64,000 nt of DNA from Fibrobacteria bacterium (GTDB taxonomy: Bacteria; Fibrobacterota; Chitinivibrionia; Chitinivibrionales; FEN-1185): NCBI GenBank assembly GCA_037447435.1, contig JBBIGR010000007.1, positions 32,001-96,000 of the forward strand, read 5' to 3'. Both the position numbers and the translations under genes were made by a program. Below are positions 46,239 to 55,474 of the stretch, piece by piece (position 1 is the stretch's first letter; the number at the start of each line of letters is the position of its first letter). The notes under the pieces are model-generated. The model made no database searches. It was not told where the DNA came from and saw only the letters and a program-made list of their open reading frames with translations.

Positions 46239-47606
46239 ATGAAATTGTTATCTATTCGTTCGCTTGTTTTTATCGCCATGGCAACGTGGTGTAATCAGGC
46301 CGCGGCGCAAACGCCGACCGTTGCCTGGTCGGAGGCATTACCGGTAGCGGGAATCTACGGTCCCGCGCACGTCATTTACAATGGAAGCGGCTATTTGGTT
46401 GCCGGAACATGCGGCGCCAACGGAAAAGACCTTTCAAAAACCCGTCTGTTCGCACTTCAAACCAACCAATCGGGCCAGGTACTCTGGAACACGACATATC
46501 CTACTGCCTGTAAATCGCCCGATTGCCTGGTCGAAGTTGCGGGAATAGTGCCGTCAAGGGCCGATTGCTTCGTGCTTGTCGGCTCGTATAAATACAGCAC
46601 CCATACCGATTCTCACGACAATGCGTGGCTCATGAAAATGGATTCTTACGGCCGGAGATACTGGTACATGCAATTCGGAACCGCGGAAGCCGGTCTGGAA
46701 AATAATTATCATGCATCAAGTGCACGCTATCTTCCCGATCGGTCGCTGCTGGTGTCGGGACAAAAGGGAATAAAAGCCTGGATGTGTTGCGTCGATGCGA
46801 ACGGCCAGGTCAAATGGTCAAAAACATACGATGCCGAAAAAATCGTTTCAATGGAACTTGGTTCGCAATATCAGGTCCGTGCCGCAGCTCTTTCGTACAA
46901 TACGACGCGTTGCTCCATCAACGTGCTTCGGATCAGCACGCTCGACGGATCGCTTGACACCGTCGAAGGCGTTATCGAATGTCCGGCAAAAAACTTCTAT
47001 GATCCCGTCGTTACCGTGACCAACGATTTTAACGTGGTGTACAGCATTTTTAATGCGAATTCCGGCGATTGCACCATTTCGCAGTTCAATCGGGACACGC
47101 TTTTGCAATGGAACAGGCTTTTGAATAACGGTGAAGAGAGCAGGCCTTATACAAGAGTGCAAAGCTTGCTTTCCAACGGCTCGCAGGGCTATTTGGTCGC
47201 GGGCGATAAATCGTCGAACGCGACGGTCGTAGATCCCGTCATGTGGGTGAAATACATCGACAAAAAAGGGGCCACTGTTTGGGAATGGAAATCCTCGCCC
47301 GTCACATCGGTATGCGACGCTATTTTTAACGAGGACAACGAGGCAGTGCTTATCGCGAAATCGGATAATGTGAAAACGCCGTTCCAAATCATTAAATTGC
47401 AAACGGCTGCGCCCCAACTAACCGCTGTAGCCAAAGCCTCGGTGCATACGGTAAAAACTCCTTTGGAAAATTCGATCGCCGACGCGTACGACGTGACCGG
47501 TCGGAAAATTTCCGCGTCAAACGTTAAAGCATTGTCAAGAGGCGTTTATGTCTATCGCACCATCCAGTCGCAGAATCGCCTTATGCAAGTCGTAATACGC
47601 CGATAG
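46239..47606 (+). CDS. Secreted beta-propeller-like repeat protein with T9SS-like tail (paralog 2)
   Basis: Same layout as the previous gene (GPA, HDNA, FGT.E.G.E..Y, GQKG..W.CC.D, ECP); tail YDVTGRK...RGVY. Confidence 0.78.
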   Translation: MKLLSIRSLVFIAMATWCNQAAAQTPTVAWSEALPVAGIYGPAHVIYNGSGYLVAGTCGANGKDLSKTRLFALQTNQSGQVLWNTTYPTACKSPDCLVEVAGIVPSRADCFVLVGSYKYSTHTDSHDNAWLMKMDSYGRRYWYMQFGTAEAGLENNYHASSARYLPDRSLLVSGQKGIKAWMCCVDANGQVKWSKTYDAEKIVSMELGSQYQVRAAALSYNTTRCSINVLRISTLDGSLDTVEGVIECPAKNFYDPVVTVTNDFNVVYSIFNANSGDCTISQFNRDTLLQWNRLLNNGEESRPYTRVQSLLSNGSQGYLVAGDKSSNATVVDPVMWVKYIDKKGATVWEWKSSPVTSVCDAIFNEDNEAVLIAKSDNVKTPFQIIKLQTAAPQLTAVAKASVHTVKTPLENSIADAYDVTGRKISASNVKALSRGVYVYRTIQSQNRLMQVVIRR

Positions 47607-47636
47607 TTCAAACCGGGGCTTTTTCCCTGAGATACC

Positions 47637-47672
47637 AACAAAACTCTGCTGTGCGGGGTTTTGTTTTTTTTT
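47637..47672 (+). terminator. Intrinsic terminator
   Basis: aacaaaactctgc-tgt-gcggggttttgtt followed by a U run. Confidence 0.75.
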
Positions 47673-47809
47673 CGCGGCAACGGATTCGAAAAATGAGGTA
47701 TCATATCATATTTTATTGTTCCTTATGCTGATGATATACTATTTTACGTAGCTTGTTCAGATTATATTTTATTGAATATTCGCAATTATTTTCTTGAAAG
47801 GCGGGGTGG

Positions 47810-48973
47810 ATGAAGTACCTTTTTACTTCTGAAAGCGTTTCACAAGGTCATCCGGACAAAGTCGCAGATCAGATTTCCGATGCTGTTTTAGATGCTATGC
47901 TTGCGCAAGATCCATATTCGCGCGTTGCTTGCGAAACACTCGTCACGACAGGGCTTGTCGTTGTTGCGGGTGAAATAACCAGCAAGGCAATCGTCGATAT
48001 TCCGGGGGTTGTCAGGAAAACCATAGCGGAAATCGGCTATAACGATCCTGATCTCGGTTTCGAATCAAAAAGTTGCGGAATCATGGTGACTCTTGACAAA
48101 CAATCGCCCGACATTTCCCAGGGAGTTACTTCGGGGCAAGGCTTGCACAAGGAACAAGGCGCCGGGGACCAGGGTATGATGTTCGGCTATGCGTGTGATG
48201 AAACTAAAACGTTTATGCCGCTTACAATCCATTTGGCGCATCGCTTGGTCGAGGCCGTGACAACCGCCAGAGAAAAGAAAACAATTCCGTATTTGCGTCC
48301 CGACAGCAAATCGCAGGTGACCATAGAATATCAAGACGATAAACCGGTACGCGTTCATACGGTTGTCATTTCAACGCAGCACGCTCCCGATGTGACGCAT
48401 GAAAAAATCAAAAAAGACATGATCGAAAAGATCATTAAAAAAGTCATTCCGTCAAAATTGCTCGATAAGAACACCATCTATCATATCAATCCGACCGGTC
48501 GCTTCGTCATCGGCGGACCGCACGGCGATTCCGGCTTAACAGGCCGTAAAATCATCGTCGACACTTATGGCGGACACGGCGGGCACGGCGGCGGCGCATT
48601 TTCGGGCAAAGATCCCACAAAGGTCGACCGAAGCGCAGCATATGCCGCACGTTGGATTGCAAAAAACCTTGTTGCGGCCGGGCTTGCAAAAAAATGCAGG
48701 ATCCAGGTTTCCTATGCCATCGGGGTAGCAAAACCCATTTCTATTTTCGTCGATACGTATGGAACCGGTGTTTTGTCCGATGATAAACTTGCCGCAATCG
48801 TCGACAAAGTATTTGATCTCCGCCCTGCGGCGATCATCGAAAATCTCAAGCTTCGTCGCCCGATTTATCGCGAATCGGCCCGCAACGGCCACTTTGGTCG
48901 TGAATTGGCAAATTTCACATGGGAAAAGCTTGATAAAGTCGAGGCTCTTAAAAAAGCAGCCAAGATCAAGTAA
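47810..48973 (+). CDS. metK: S-adenosylmethionine synthetase
   Basis: [36 protein letters not shown]. Confidence 0.98.
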   Translation: MKYLFTSESVSQGHPDKVADQISDAVLDAMLAQDPYSRVACETLVTTGLVVVAGEITSKAIVDIPGVVRKTIAEIGYNDPDLGFESKSCGIMVTLDKQSPDISQGVTSGQGLHKEQGAGDQGMMFGYACDETKTFMPLTIHLAHRLVEAVTTAREKKTIPYLRPDSKSQVTIEYQDDKPVRVHTVVISTQHAPDVTHEKIKKDMIEKIIKKVIPSKLLDKNTIYHINPTGRFVIGGPHGDSGLTGRKIIVDTYGGHGGHGGGAFSGKDPTKVDRSAAYAARWIAKNLVAAGLAKKCRIQVSYAIGVAKPISIFVDTYGTGVLSDDKLAAIVDKVFDLRPAAIIENLKLRRPIYRESARNGHFGRELANFTWEKLDKVEALKKAAKIK

Positions 48974-48991
48974 AAGGAATTCCAATCGTTC

Positions 48992-49025
48992 AAAAAAAGG
49001 CATAGAGGAATCTATGCCTTTTTTT
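48992..49025 (+). terminator. Intrinsic terminator after metK
   Basis: aaaaaaaggcataga-ggaa-tctatgccttttttt. Confidence 0.85.
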
Positions 49026-49041
49026 ATAGAGGAGCATTGCC

Positions 49042-50631
49042 ATGGATACCCGTCCTAAAGTCGTATTAAACGGAAACACGCTTTCCTTAGAAGACATTGT
49101 CGCAATCGGCGTCGGAGACAAGCAGGTTTCCATCGACGCAGACGCCTTGAACAGGTGCCGAAAATCCCGCGCGTTTCTTGAAGATGAAGTTGCGGCAAAA
49201 CGCATTATTTACGGCGTAAACACCTCGTTCGGGCCCATGTGCAATAAAATCATTTCCGATGCCGACATCGAGGCCTTACAAGTCAATCTGATCAAAAGTC
49301 ATGCGGCCGGGCTCGGCGATCCCTTAAAACCGTATATCGCGTTGGCCGTTTTAGCGGTCAGGCTCAATACGCTTGTCAAGGGGTATTCCGGCGTCCGGAT
49401 AGAGCTTGTGGAATTCATGGCAACGATGATCAATAAGGGGATCGCACCCTATATTCCCGAATGCGGTTCCGTCGGCGCTTCGGGAGATTTGGTGCATCTG
49501 GCGCATGTGGCATTGGCCATTATCGGCGAAGGAAAGGTTTTTTACAAAAAAGAACTCAAAGACGTTTCCGGCGTTTTCAAAACAACGGGGCTCGTGCCGC
49601 TGAGGCTCAGCTTCAAGGAAGGCATCGCGATCATGAACGGCACGAGCGCCATGACCGCTTTGGCCGCTTTTGCATTGTACGGCGCGAAAAAACTCCTGCG
49701 ATTGGCATGCGTCAATGCGGCGTTCGCGGTCGAGATATTCGGCGGCATCGACGATGCGTTCGACGAGGATTTACATGAAGTAAAACCCCACCCGGGCCAG
49801 AAAAAAATCGCTTCCATTATCCGTAAATTATACGAAGGCTCCAAAAATATTACGCTTCGTAAAGATATGCACGATATTATTCGAAGCCAGCAAACGCAGG
49901 ACCGGGTATTTGAAACCAGCATCAACGTGCAGGACGTGTATTCGATACGATGCACGCCGCAAATACTTGCGCCGGTCATGGAGGCCGTAGAAGCCGCGAC
50001 AAAAACAATAGAAATCGAAGCGAATTCCTCGAACGACAATCCCATCATCATTCCCGATAAAAAGAAAATCATACACGGCGGTAATTTCCACGGACAAAGC
50101 GTGGGCTTTGCAATGGACATGTTGTGCATGGCGATTTCCGAATTATGCACCTTGTCGGAACGGCGGCTCAACAAATTGCTCGATAAAAGTTTAAATGAAG
50201 GTTTGCCCGAGCATTTGATAAGCGGTACCGTCGGGCTGACCATGGGTTTTATGGGTGCGCAATACCTGGCGACTTCTACGACCGCCGAAAACAGGCAGCT
50301 TGCCAATCCGGTCAGCACGCTTTCGATTTCCTGCAATGCTTCCAACCAGGATGTGGTCAGTATGGGTACGGTTGCTGCGAGGAAAGCCTTCAAATCCGTC
50401 AGCAATGCAAAACATATACTGACCCTCGAAACGCTCGGACAGTTGCAGGCATTGTCATTCAGGAATTCAAAAACCATGGGCAAGGGAACCACTTCGATAT
50501 ACTCGGTTTTGGAAAAACATTTTTCCGTATACGATAATTCCCGGGTGTTTCATGACGACCTCGTAAAATTCAGGAAATTATTGTTTTCGAGCCAAATTCT
50601 CGATGAGTTGTCGTTGTACTACACATCTTGA
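49042..50631 (+). CDS. MIO-dependent aromatic amino acid ammonia-lyase (TAL/PAL-like)
   Basis: YGVNTSFG, GSVGASGDL (ASG gives MIO), NGT, QDVYSIRC, NDNP, GGNFHG, NQDVVSMG. Confidence 0.9.
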   Translation: MDTRPKVVLNGNTLSLEDIVAIGVGDKQVSIDADALNRCRKSRAFLEDEVAAKRIIYGVNTSFGPMCNKIISDADIEALQVNLIKSHAAGLGDPLKPYIALAVLAVRLNTLVKGYSGVRIELVEFMATMINKGIAPYIPECGSVGASGDLVHLAHVALAIIGEGKVFYKKELKDVSGVFKTTGLVPLRLSFKEGIAIMNGTSAMTALAAFALYGAKKLLRLACVNAAFAVEIFGGIDDAFDEDLHEVKPHPGQKKIASIIRKLYEGSKNITLRKDMHDIIRSQQTQDRVFETSINVQDVYSIRCTPQILAPVMEAVEAATKTIEIEANSSNDNPIIIPDKKKIIHGGNFHGQSVGFAMDMLCMAISELCTLSERRLNKLLDKSLNEGLPEHLISGTVGLTMGFMGAQYLATSTTAENRQLANPVSTLSISCNASNQDVVSMGTVAARKAFKSVSNAKHILTLETLGQLQALSFRNSKTMGKGTTSIYSVLEKHFSVYDNSRVFHDDLVKFRKLLFSSQILDELSLYYTS

Positions 50632-50699
50632 GAAAACAGCGGTAAAGGTATTGTTTTGTCGGAACGTGAGTGTATATTTTATAGAAAAGGAGACAACGT

Positions 50700-51224
50700 A
50701 TGCAAACAAAAACAGGTAGCGCTCTGGCGATTATTTCGGCATGTGTTTCATTGCTTTTTGCGCAACAGCCCGACGCATGGAAAATTGTCCCCAATGCCGA
50801 CGGCAAATCGGTTGCAATGACCTATGCCAATCCGCCGACCACTCTGGGTATCGAAGCCGAATTGAACGTCTCGGTCGATCCGTCGGGCGTTGCCATGAGC
50901 GGCAATACCAAATTCAAATCCGGACTTACCCGCAACATGTCGCCCGAGGAAGTTGCTTTTTATTATTCCAGTTTCAAAGGTGAAGCAGCCTATTGGAATT
51001 TCAGGCAAACGCAAGGATCCGTATCAACGGTAATGTCGGGCATCGATCCGTTGCCAAACTCCTTTTACGGTCAATACATCCGGGTCGTTTCTAAGGACGG
51101 CATTTCGTATTTCGGAACCATCAGTGCATTGCCGACATCGCCCGAATGGTTTGCCCTTACGTCTAAAGGAAACAGAATCTTATTCTATCGCTATGCGGTC
51201 AAGGAAATCCAGATTTTGAAATAA
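50700..51224 (+). CDS. Secreted hypothetical protein
   Basis: Signal peptide ending LFA; AAGGAG RBS; followed by a terminator. Confidence 0.75.
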   Translation: MQTKTGSALAIISACVSLLFAQQPDAWKIVPNADGKSVAMTYANPPTTLGIEAELNVSVDPSGVAMSGNTKFKSGLTRNMSPEEVAFYYSSFKGEAAYWNFRQTQGSVSTVMSGIDPLPNSFYGQYIRVVSKDGISYFGTISALPTSPEWFALTSKGNRILFYRYAVKEIQILK

Positions 51225-51244
51225 CGGTTTTTGTCCGTTAATAG

Positions 51245-51278
51245 TAAAAAAGCCGCCTCGATCGAGACGGCTTTTTTA
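51245..51278 (+). terminator. Intrinsic terminator
   Basis: taaaaaagccgcctcgatcgagacggctttttta. Confidence 0.8.
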
Positions 51279-51395
51279 GTATTCGTTGGAAAGGCCAAAC
51301 CCAACAGGCGCGGCGGTGTCTGTCTGTTGTTGAGAGTATTATCTGTGTAATAAATGGGAATAATTCATATCTGGTTGCTAAACAAAGGTACACAT

Positions 51396-52223
51396 ATGAA
51401 AAAAATCAATATCCCCGCACTTAAAGATTTTCTTTCGATTTTCAGCAAATACGGAGATCCTGGCGAGCGGTATGTGGTGCAGGCCTACAAACGAATGTGT
51501 ATTACAAAACAATTTGCTCTTGAGAAACAGGAAAATCCGCAAAATTTAAAACTGCTTGATATCGGCGGGCACTGGTTGCACAGCAGCGTGCTGTATGCGA
51601 TGGACGGTGTTTCCGTGACTGCGGGCGAAGTTGCGGCAATTGATGAATTTTTGACAAGTCCGATGATCTCGAATGTGGCAAAGGAATTTAGGATAAAACA
51701 GATCACTTATAAAGATTTGAGTAACCCCATCGAATTGGGGATCTTGCCGACGGACTCGTTCGACATAATTCTGTTTTGTGAAATTCTTGAGCATATTACT
51801 TTTAATCCGGTAAAAATGTGGACCGAATTATATCGCGTTTTGAAACCGGGCGGCAGGATAATTGTCACGACTCCCAATTTTTTCTATATAACAAATTTAA
51901 TCAATAATTTTGCAAAACCGTTTTTTGGTAAAAGTCCGGGGCTTTCGGTTCGCGAAATCATAGGGCAAAACACATTCGGCCATCACTGGAAATTGTATTC
52001 TGTCAAAGACATTACAGATTACTTCAAACTTCTTTCGCCCGACTTTGTGGTGTCGCGGTCCGAATATTTTACCTATACGCCATGTAATACTTTGTCGCCG
52101 CTGCGTCTGCTAAAAAGGGCCGTCGAGTTTTCCGTAAAGCAGTTCCGCGAGGCATTATACGTCGAAATACTGCTTCCGAACAAGGATAACGGCATTACTG
52201 CAAAACCTGCTTGGTGGATTTGA
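51396..52223 (+). CDS. Class I SAM-dependent methyltransferase
   Basis: LLDIGG, FDIILFCEILEH, RVLKPGGRIIVTTPN, HHWKLY. Confidence 0.88.
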   Translation: MKKINIPALKDFLSIFSKYGDPGERYVVQAYKRMCITKQFALEKQENPQNLKLLDIGGHWLHSSVLYAMDGVSVTAGEVAAIDEFLTSPMISNVAKEFRIKQITYKDLSNPIELGILPTDSFDIILFCEILEHITFNPVKMWTELYRVLKPGGRIIVTTPNFFYITNLINNFAKPFFGKSPGLSVREIIGQNTFGHHWKLYSVKDITDYFKLLSPDFVVSRSEYFTYTPCNTLSPLRLLKRAVEFSVKQFREALYVEILLPNKDNGITAKPAWWI

Positions 52224-52230
52224 TTGTTTT

Positions 52231-53124
52231 TCAAGTTCCCCAAAAATCGTAAAAGTTGAACCACTGATAGGGTTGTTCCTTGACAATTTGCTCGAGGATG
52301 CCCACGTAGCGTTCCATGGCGGTAAATATTATTTTGTCGCGGTTTTCCCGGGTCACTCCGGTAAACTGCATGGGCGCAAACGCCTTGAAAACATATTTTT
52401 TGAGGCCTCGCTTCGTGACCACAATGGGAATTATCGGCGCGCCGGTAGCCGCTGCAATGGCAAAGGGGCCCATGGGGAACGCCACATCGGCTCCCAGGAA
52501 ATTGTGAACAGCGCTTTTTTGCCCCATGGTCCTGTCGCCGTGCATGCACACGAGCCCGTTTGCGGAAAGAGCGTTTTTGACCGCGATCATGAGCGCCAAA
52601 CCGTCTTCGCCAACAATAATGGGCTTGGCGCGCCGGTTTTCCATGGCGCTTTTTTCAAGCTCTCTCATGTCGTCGCGTTCCTTATCGACCATCACGTAAT
52701 GGATGTCCGCCTTGATGCGATCGGAAAGCAAATTGCCCGCAAGTTCCCAATTGCCTATATGCGCTCCCAGTAAAATTGCGCCGGTCTTATTGTGCAACGC
52801 CTGCGTAATGAGATCTTCACGAATGGTTTCGAATGCGAAAAACGATTGCTTGTCGATCAAAAACGCGTACCGGTCCAAAAGGTTCATGCCAAAGGCGTAA
52901 AAATGCCTGTATAAAGTGAAAAAGGAGGTCTTCAAGCCGCAATGGGTCCTAAAATCGGTAATGTTCGTACCGGATTTTTTATCTTTGACCGTATAGACAA
53001 AAGCGACAAATACGAGCAAAGCATACGCGGGGAGCAGGCCGAACAGGGTAATGAGCTTGTAAAATATCCAATGGCCGAGTGAACTGCCCTTTGAAACGCC
53101 GTCCCATGTGTTTTGTTTGCCCAT
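52231..53124 (-). CDS. LpxL-like acyltransferase (aryl polyene/flexirubin-cluster type)
   Basis: N-terminal WDGVSKG, AHIGNWE (H-x4-D/E), HGDR, FLG...FPMGPF, PYQWFNFYDFW. Confidence 0.85.
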   Translation of the reverse strand: MGKQNTWDGVSKGSSLGHWIFYKLITLFGLLPAYALLVFVAFVYTVKDKKSGTNITDFRTHCGLKTSFFTLYRHFYAFGMNLLDRYAFLIDKQSFFAFETIREDLITQALHNKTGAILLGAHIGNWELAGNLLSDRIKADIHYVMVDKERDDMRELEKSAMENRRAKPIIVGEDGLALMIAVKNALSANGLVCMHGDRTMGQKSAVHNFLGADVAFPMGPFAIAAATGAPIIPIVVTKRGLKKYVFKAFAPMQFTGVTRENRDKIIFTAMERYVGILEQIVKEQPYQWFNFYDFWGT

Positions 53125-53125
53125 C

Positions 53126-53806
53126 TTACTTTGTTTGCGTTTTCCAATATTTTTGGATTTGCTGAACAGACGATTGTCTGCGCTGAGGATCGGTTTCCAG
53201 AGACAAATAGGCATTGAATTTCCCCTGCGCCTTTTGACCGTCCACAAAAGCGGTTGAATATAAAAATGCAAGGCGCAAGTTTGAAAACATGGCCGCCATT
53301 CTGGTCGTCGGATCCTTGGCGTTGTAAAGACCGTTTGGCGTCACTCCCAACGAAGACGTTGCGAATTGCGATGCTTCTTTCTCATAGTACGAAACCGCAG
53401 CGGACTGATTGCTTTTCGACAAGGCGATTTCCCCTAAAAGATAATGGGCCACGCCGATGGTCGAGTCGAGCCGCAAGGCCGTAACGCAAAACGTTTCGCT
53501 CGAATCCCGGTAAAGCGCGTTATTCGATGCTGCAAAAATTTGGAAATACGTCGCGCCCACCGCTGCCGCGATAGTGCATTGCTTTTCCCTGTTTTTTTCA
53601 GATGCCAATGCGCGCCGCGAATTGACAATTGCGTCGGTGAGGCTTTTTTGCACCGCCTGCGGCGATTGCTTCTCGAACGCGACGCTGGGAAATTCCTTGC
53701 CGAAATATTCGTATTTCATGTTCAGGCTGTACACGAGCAACGCCCAGACCGCAAACAGAACCGCGTATATGAACGGGTCGCTTTTTACCACCGCTGCCGT
53801 TTTCAT
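53126..53806 (-). CDS. Membrane-anchored TPR-like protein
   Basis: N-terminal TM, AHYLLGEI..AVSYYEKE helical repeats; overlaps the upstream gene by 4 nt. Confidence 0.7.
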   Translation of the reverse strand: MKTAAVVKSDPFIYAVLFAVWALLVYSLNMKYEYFGKEFPSVAFEKQSPQAVQKSLTDAIVNSRRALASEKNREKQCTIAAAVGATYFQIFAASNNALYRDSSETFCVTALRLDSTIGVAHYLLGEIALSKSNQSAAVSYYEKEASQFATSSLGVTPNGLYNAKDPTTRMAAMFSNLRLAFLYSTAFVDGQKAQGKFNAYLSLETDPQRRQSSVQQIQKYWKTQTK

Positions 53807-55395
53807 TGTTTTACCACCTTGTAAATTGCCGTGGGCGGATTGTTGAGTGCGTACACCATCTGGAAACGGTTCGGGAACGCCTCGATGGCCGGATACAGGT
53901 ATTGCCTCGTCGTCGAGGTCCAGTAAAAATTGTCGAATACGACATAGTCGACGCCGGAAGTGTCTATCACTTTCATGACATTATTGACGTCATGCGAATA
54001 CGGGTACATCACTCCCTGCCGCTGCGAGCGGACATAGAACAATTCGACTTTACGGTTCATGACAACCGTCGATTTCGGGGTGTTGTTACGCATCCAGTCG
54101 GCACAGCTGTAAAAGTTTTTCCAGTCCGGCCCGAGCGATTTCAACGTTTTTGAGAAATTGATTTGAAAAACAATGTTCGAAAGGCACAACAGGACGGTGA
54201 GGGCCCAGACGATGCCTTTGCTGGACAACGGGGCTTCCCGGTTGGTTGCGATAAGCGCCGTAAGCGTCTCTTTCAGCGATTTTTCCCGTTTGCCGAATGC
54301 AAGGGTCAACAGAGTTTCGACTCCTTGTAAAAGGAAAAAATATAAAAACGGGATAATGCCGGCAACAAACCGCTCGCTCGACCATTGCGTCTGCCACATC
54401 AAAAGGATGCCGAAATAAACGCAAGTGTAAAGCGACAGGACCTTCATGGGCCCGAACATGCTGCGCAGCCAGCCGACAAATATGAGCGCGACGCAGGAAA
54501 TTGACGTGAGCACGATCAATGCCGGCGGTCCTTCGAACGGGATGAGCGAGCGTTGAATGATATGCGTGGAATATTCCTGAATGTTTTGAAACACGCGGGT
54601 CACCAGTTCCGCAGGAGTCGCAAGCCCAAGTTCGGGATTATACGTATTTCGCTGCAATATGAGAACGACATAGGAGTTGTCCCATGTCGTCAGTTTATGA
54701 TAAATAAAAACCGAGACAGCCAGCACCGCGATATGGGCGAACATGTACCGGTATTTTTTCGAGATAAACGTGGCAAGCACCCACGAAACGCTGAATGCCA
54801 ACCCCACGCTGCGGCAATGCATGGGAAAAATGGAAATGAAAATCGTGAGCCAGAACAACCAGGCCTTTTTAGGATCGGCAATACTTTTTTCATACAGCAA
54901 TAGCGCGAGCAGTGAAAAGAACAAATACGGGATTTCACTCATGAGACTGGCGCCGAATTGCGAAAGCGTCGCACAGGTTGCACATAAAGCAATCATGGGT
55001 AAAATCAGGCTCTTTGAATACACTTTAAACAGGTAAAAGGCAAGCAAGGTGACCAAAGCTCCCAAAATGCCCTGGGCGATTTTGGCAAGCATGATGCTGC
55101 TCGAAATGAAATGCACAATGGCAAGCATTATCGGAAATACCATCGGGTAAATGTTCTCTATCGGCTTAGAAGGATGTTGAATTTGCCGATACCCTTGGCC
55201 GTCATGCAATGATTTTCCCAGGAGGTAATACCGGGCATCGTCACCGTTTGTCGATAAATCGGGCGTGAATTGTACTGCAAGAAGTAAAAGTTGAAGACAA
55301 ATGAAAAATTTTACCCATGCAGATTGCGAAACAGCAAGAAACAACGGCTTTTTCGCCGCTGTTTCAGGTTTTGACGCGGCTTTTGTTTTATTCAT
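53803..55395 (-). CDS. GT-C fold (PMT/ArnT-like) membrane glycosyltransferase
   Basis: GDDARYYLLGKSL..GQGY, YPMVFP, MSEIPY, R..G, ERF..IIP; about 11 TM. Confidence 0.8.
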   Translation of the reverse strand: MNKTKAASKPETAAKKPLFLAVSQSAWVKFFICLQLLLLAVQFTPDLSTNGDDARYYLLGKSLHDGQGYRQIQHPSKPIENIYPMVFPIMLAIVHFISSSIMLAKIAQGILGALVTLLAFYLFKVYSKSLILPMIALCATCATLSQFGASLMSEIPYLFFSLLALLLYEKSIADPKKAWLFWLTIFISIFPMHCRSVGLAFSVSWVLATFISKKYRYMFAHIAVLAVSVFIYHKLTTWDNSYVVLILQRNTYNPELGLATPAELVTRVFQNIQEYSTHIIQRSLIPFEGPPALIVLTSISCVALIFVGWLRSMFGPMKVLSLYTCVYFGILLMWQTQWSSERFVAGIIPFLYFFLLQGVETLLTLAFGKREKSLKETLTALIATNREAPLSSKGIVWALTVLLCLSNIVFQINFSKTLKSLGPDWKNFYSCADWMRNNTPKSTVVMNRKVELFYVRSQRQGVMYPYSHDVNNVMKVIDTSGVDYVVFDNFYWTSTTRQYLYPAIEAFPNRFQMVYALNNPPTAIYKVVKQ

Positions 55396-55474
55396 CCTGA
55401 TAAAATACAAATTGAGCGGAAAATTCAAAACATGAATTTAAAAAAAACGAAATTTTCATGACCGTGCAAAAAGG

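Noticed and set aside
47673..47809. SAM or fluoride riboswitch upstream of metK
   Set aside because: No SAM-I core or stems; the gctgatga fragment lacks the fluoride aptamer's 5' stem.
49542..50492. 316-aa ORF antisense to the ammonia-lyase (and similar antisense ORFs at 27077-27868 and 5295-6005)
   Set aside because: Fully overlap well-supported genes and have no recognisable features.
49042..50631. Gene symbol hutH
   Set aside because: NQD rather than NQED motif and no hut neighbours; substrate is uncertain.
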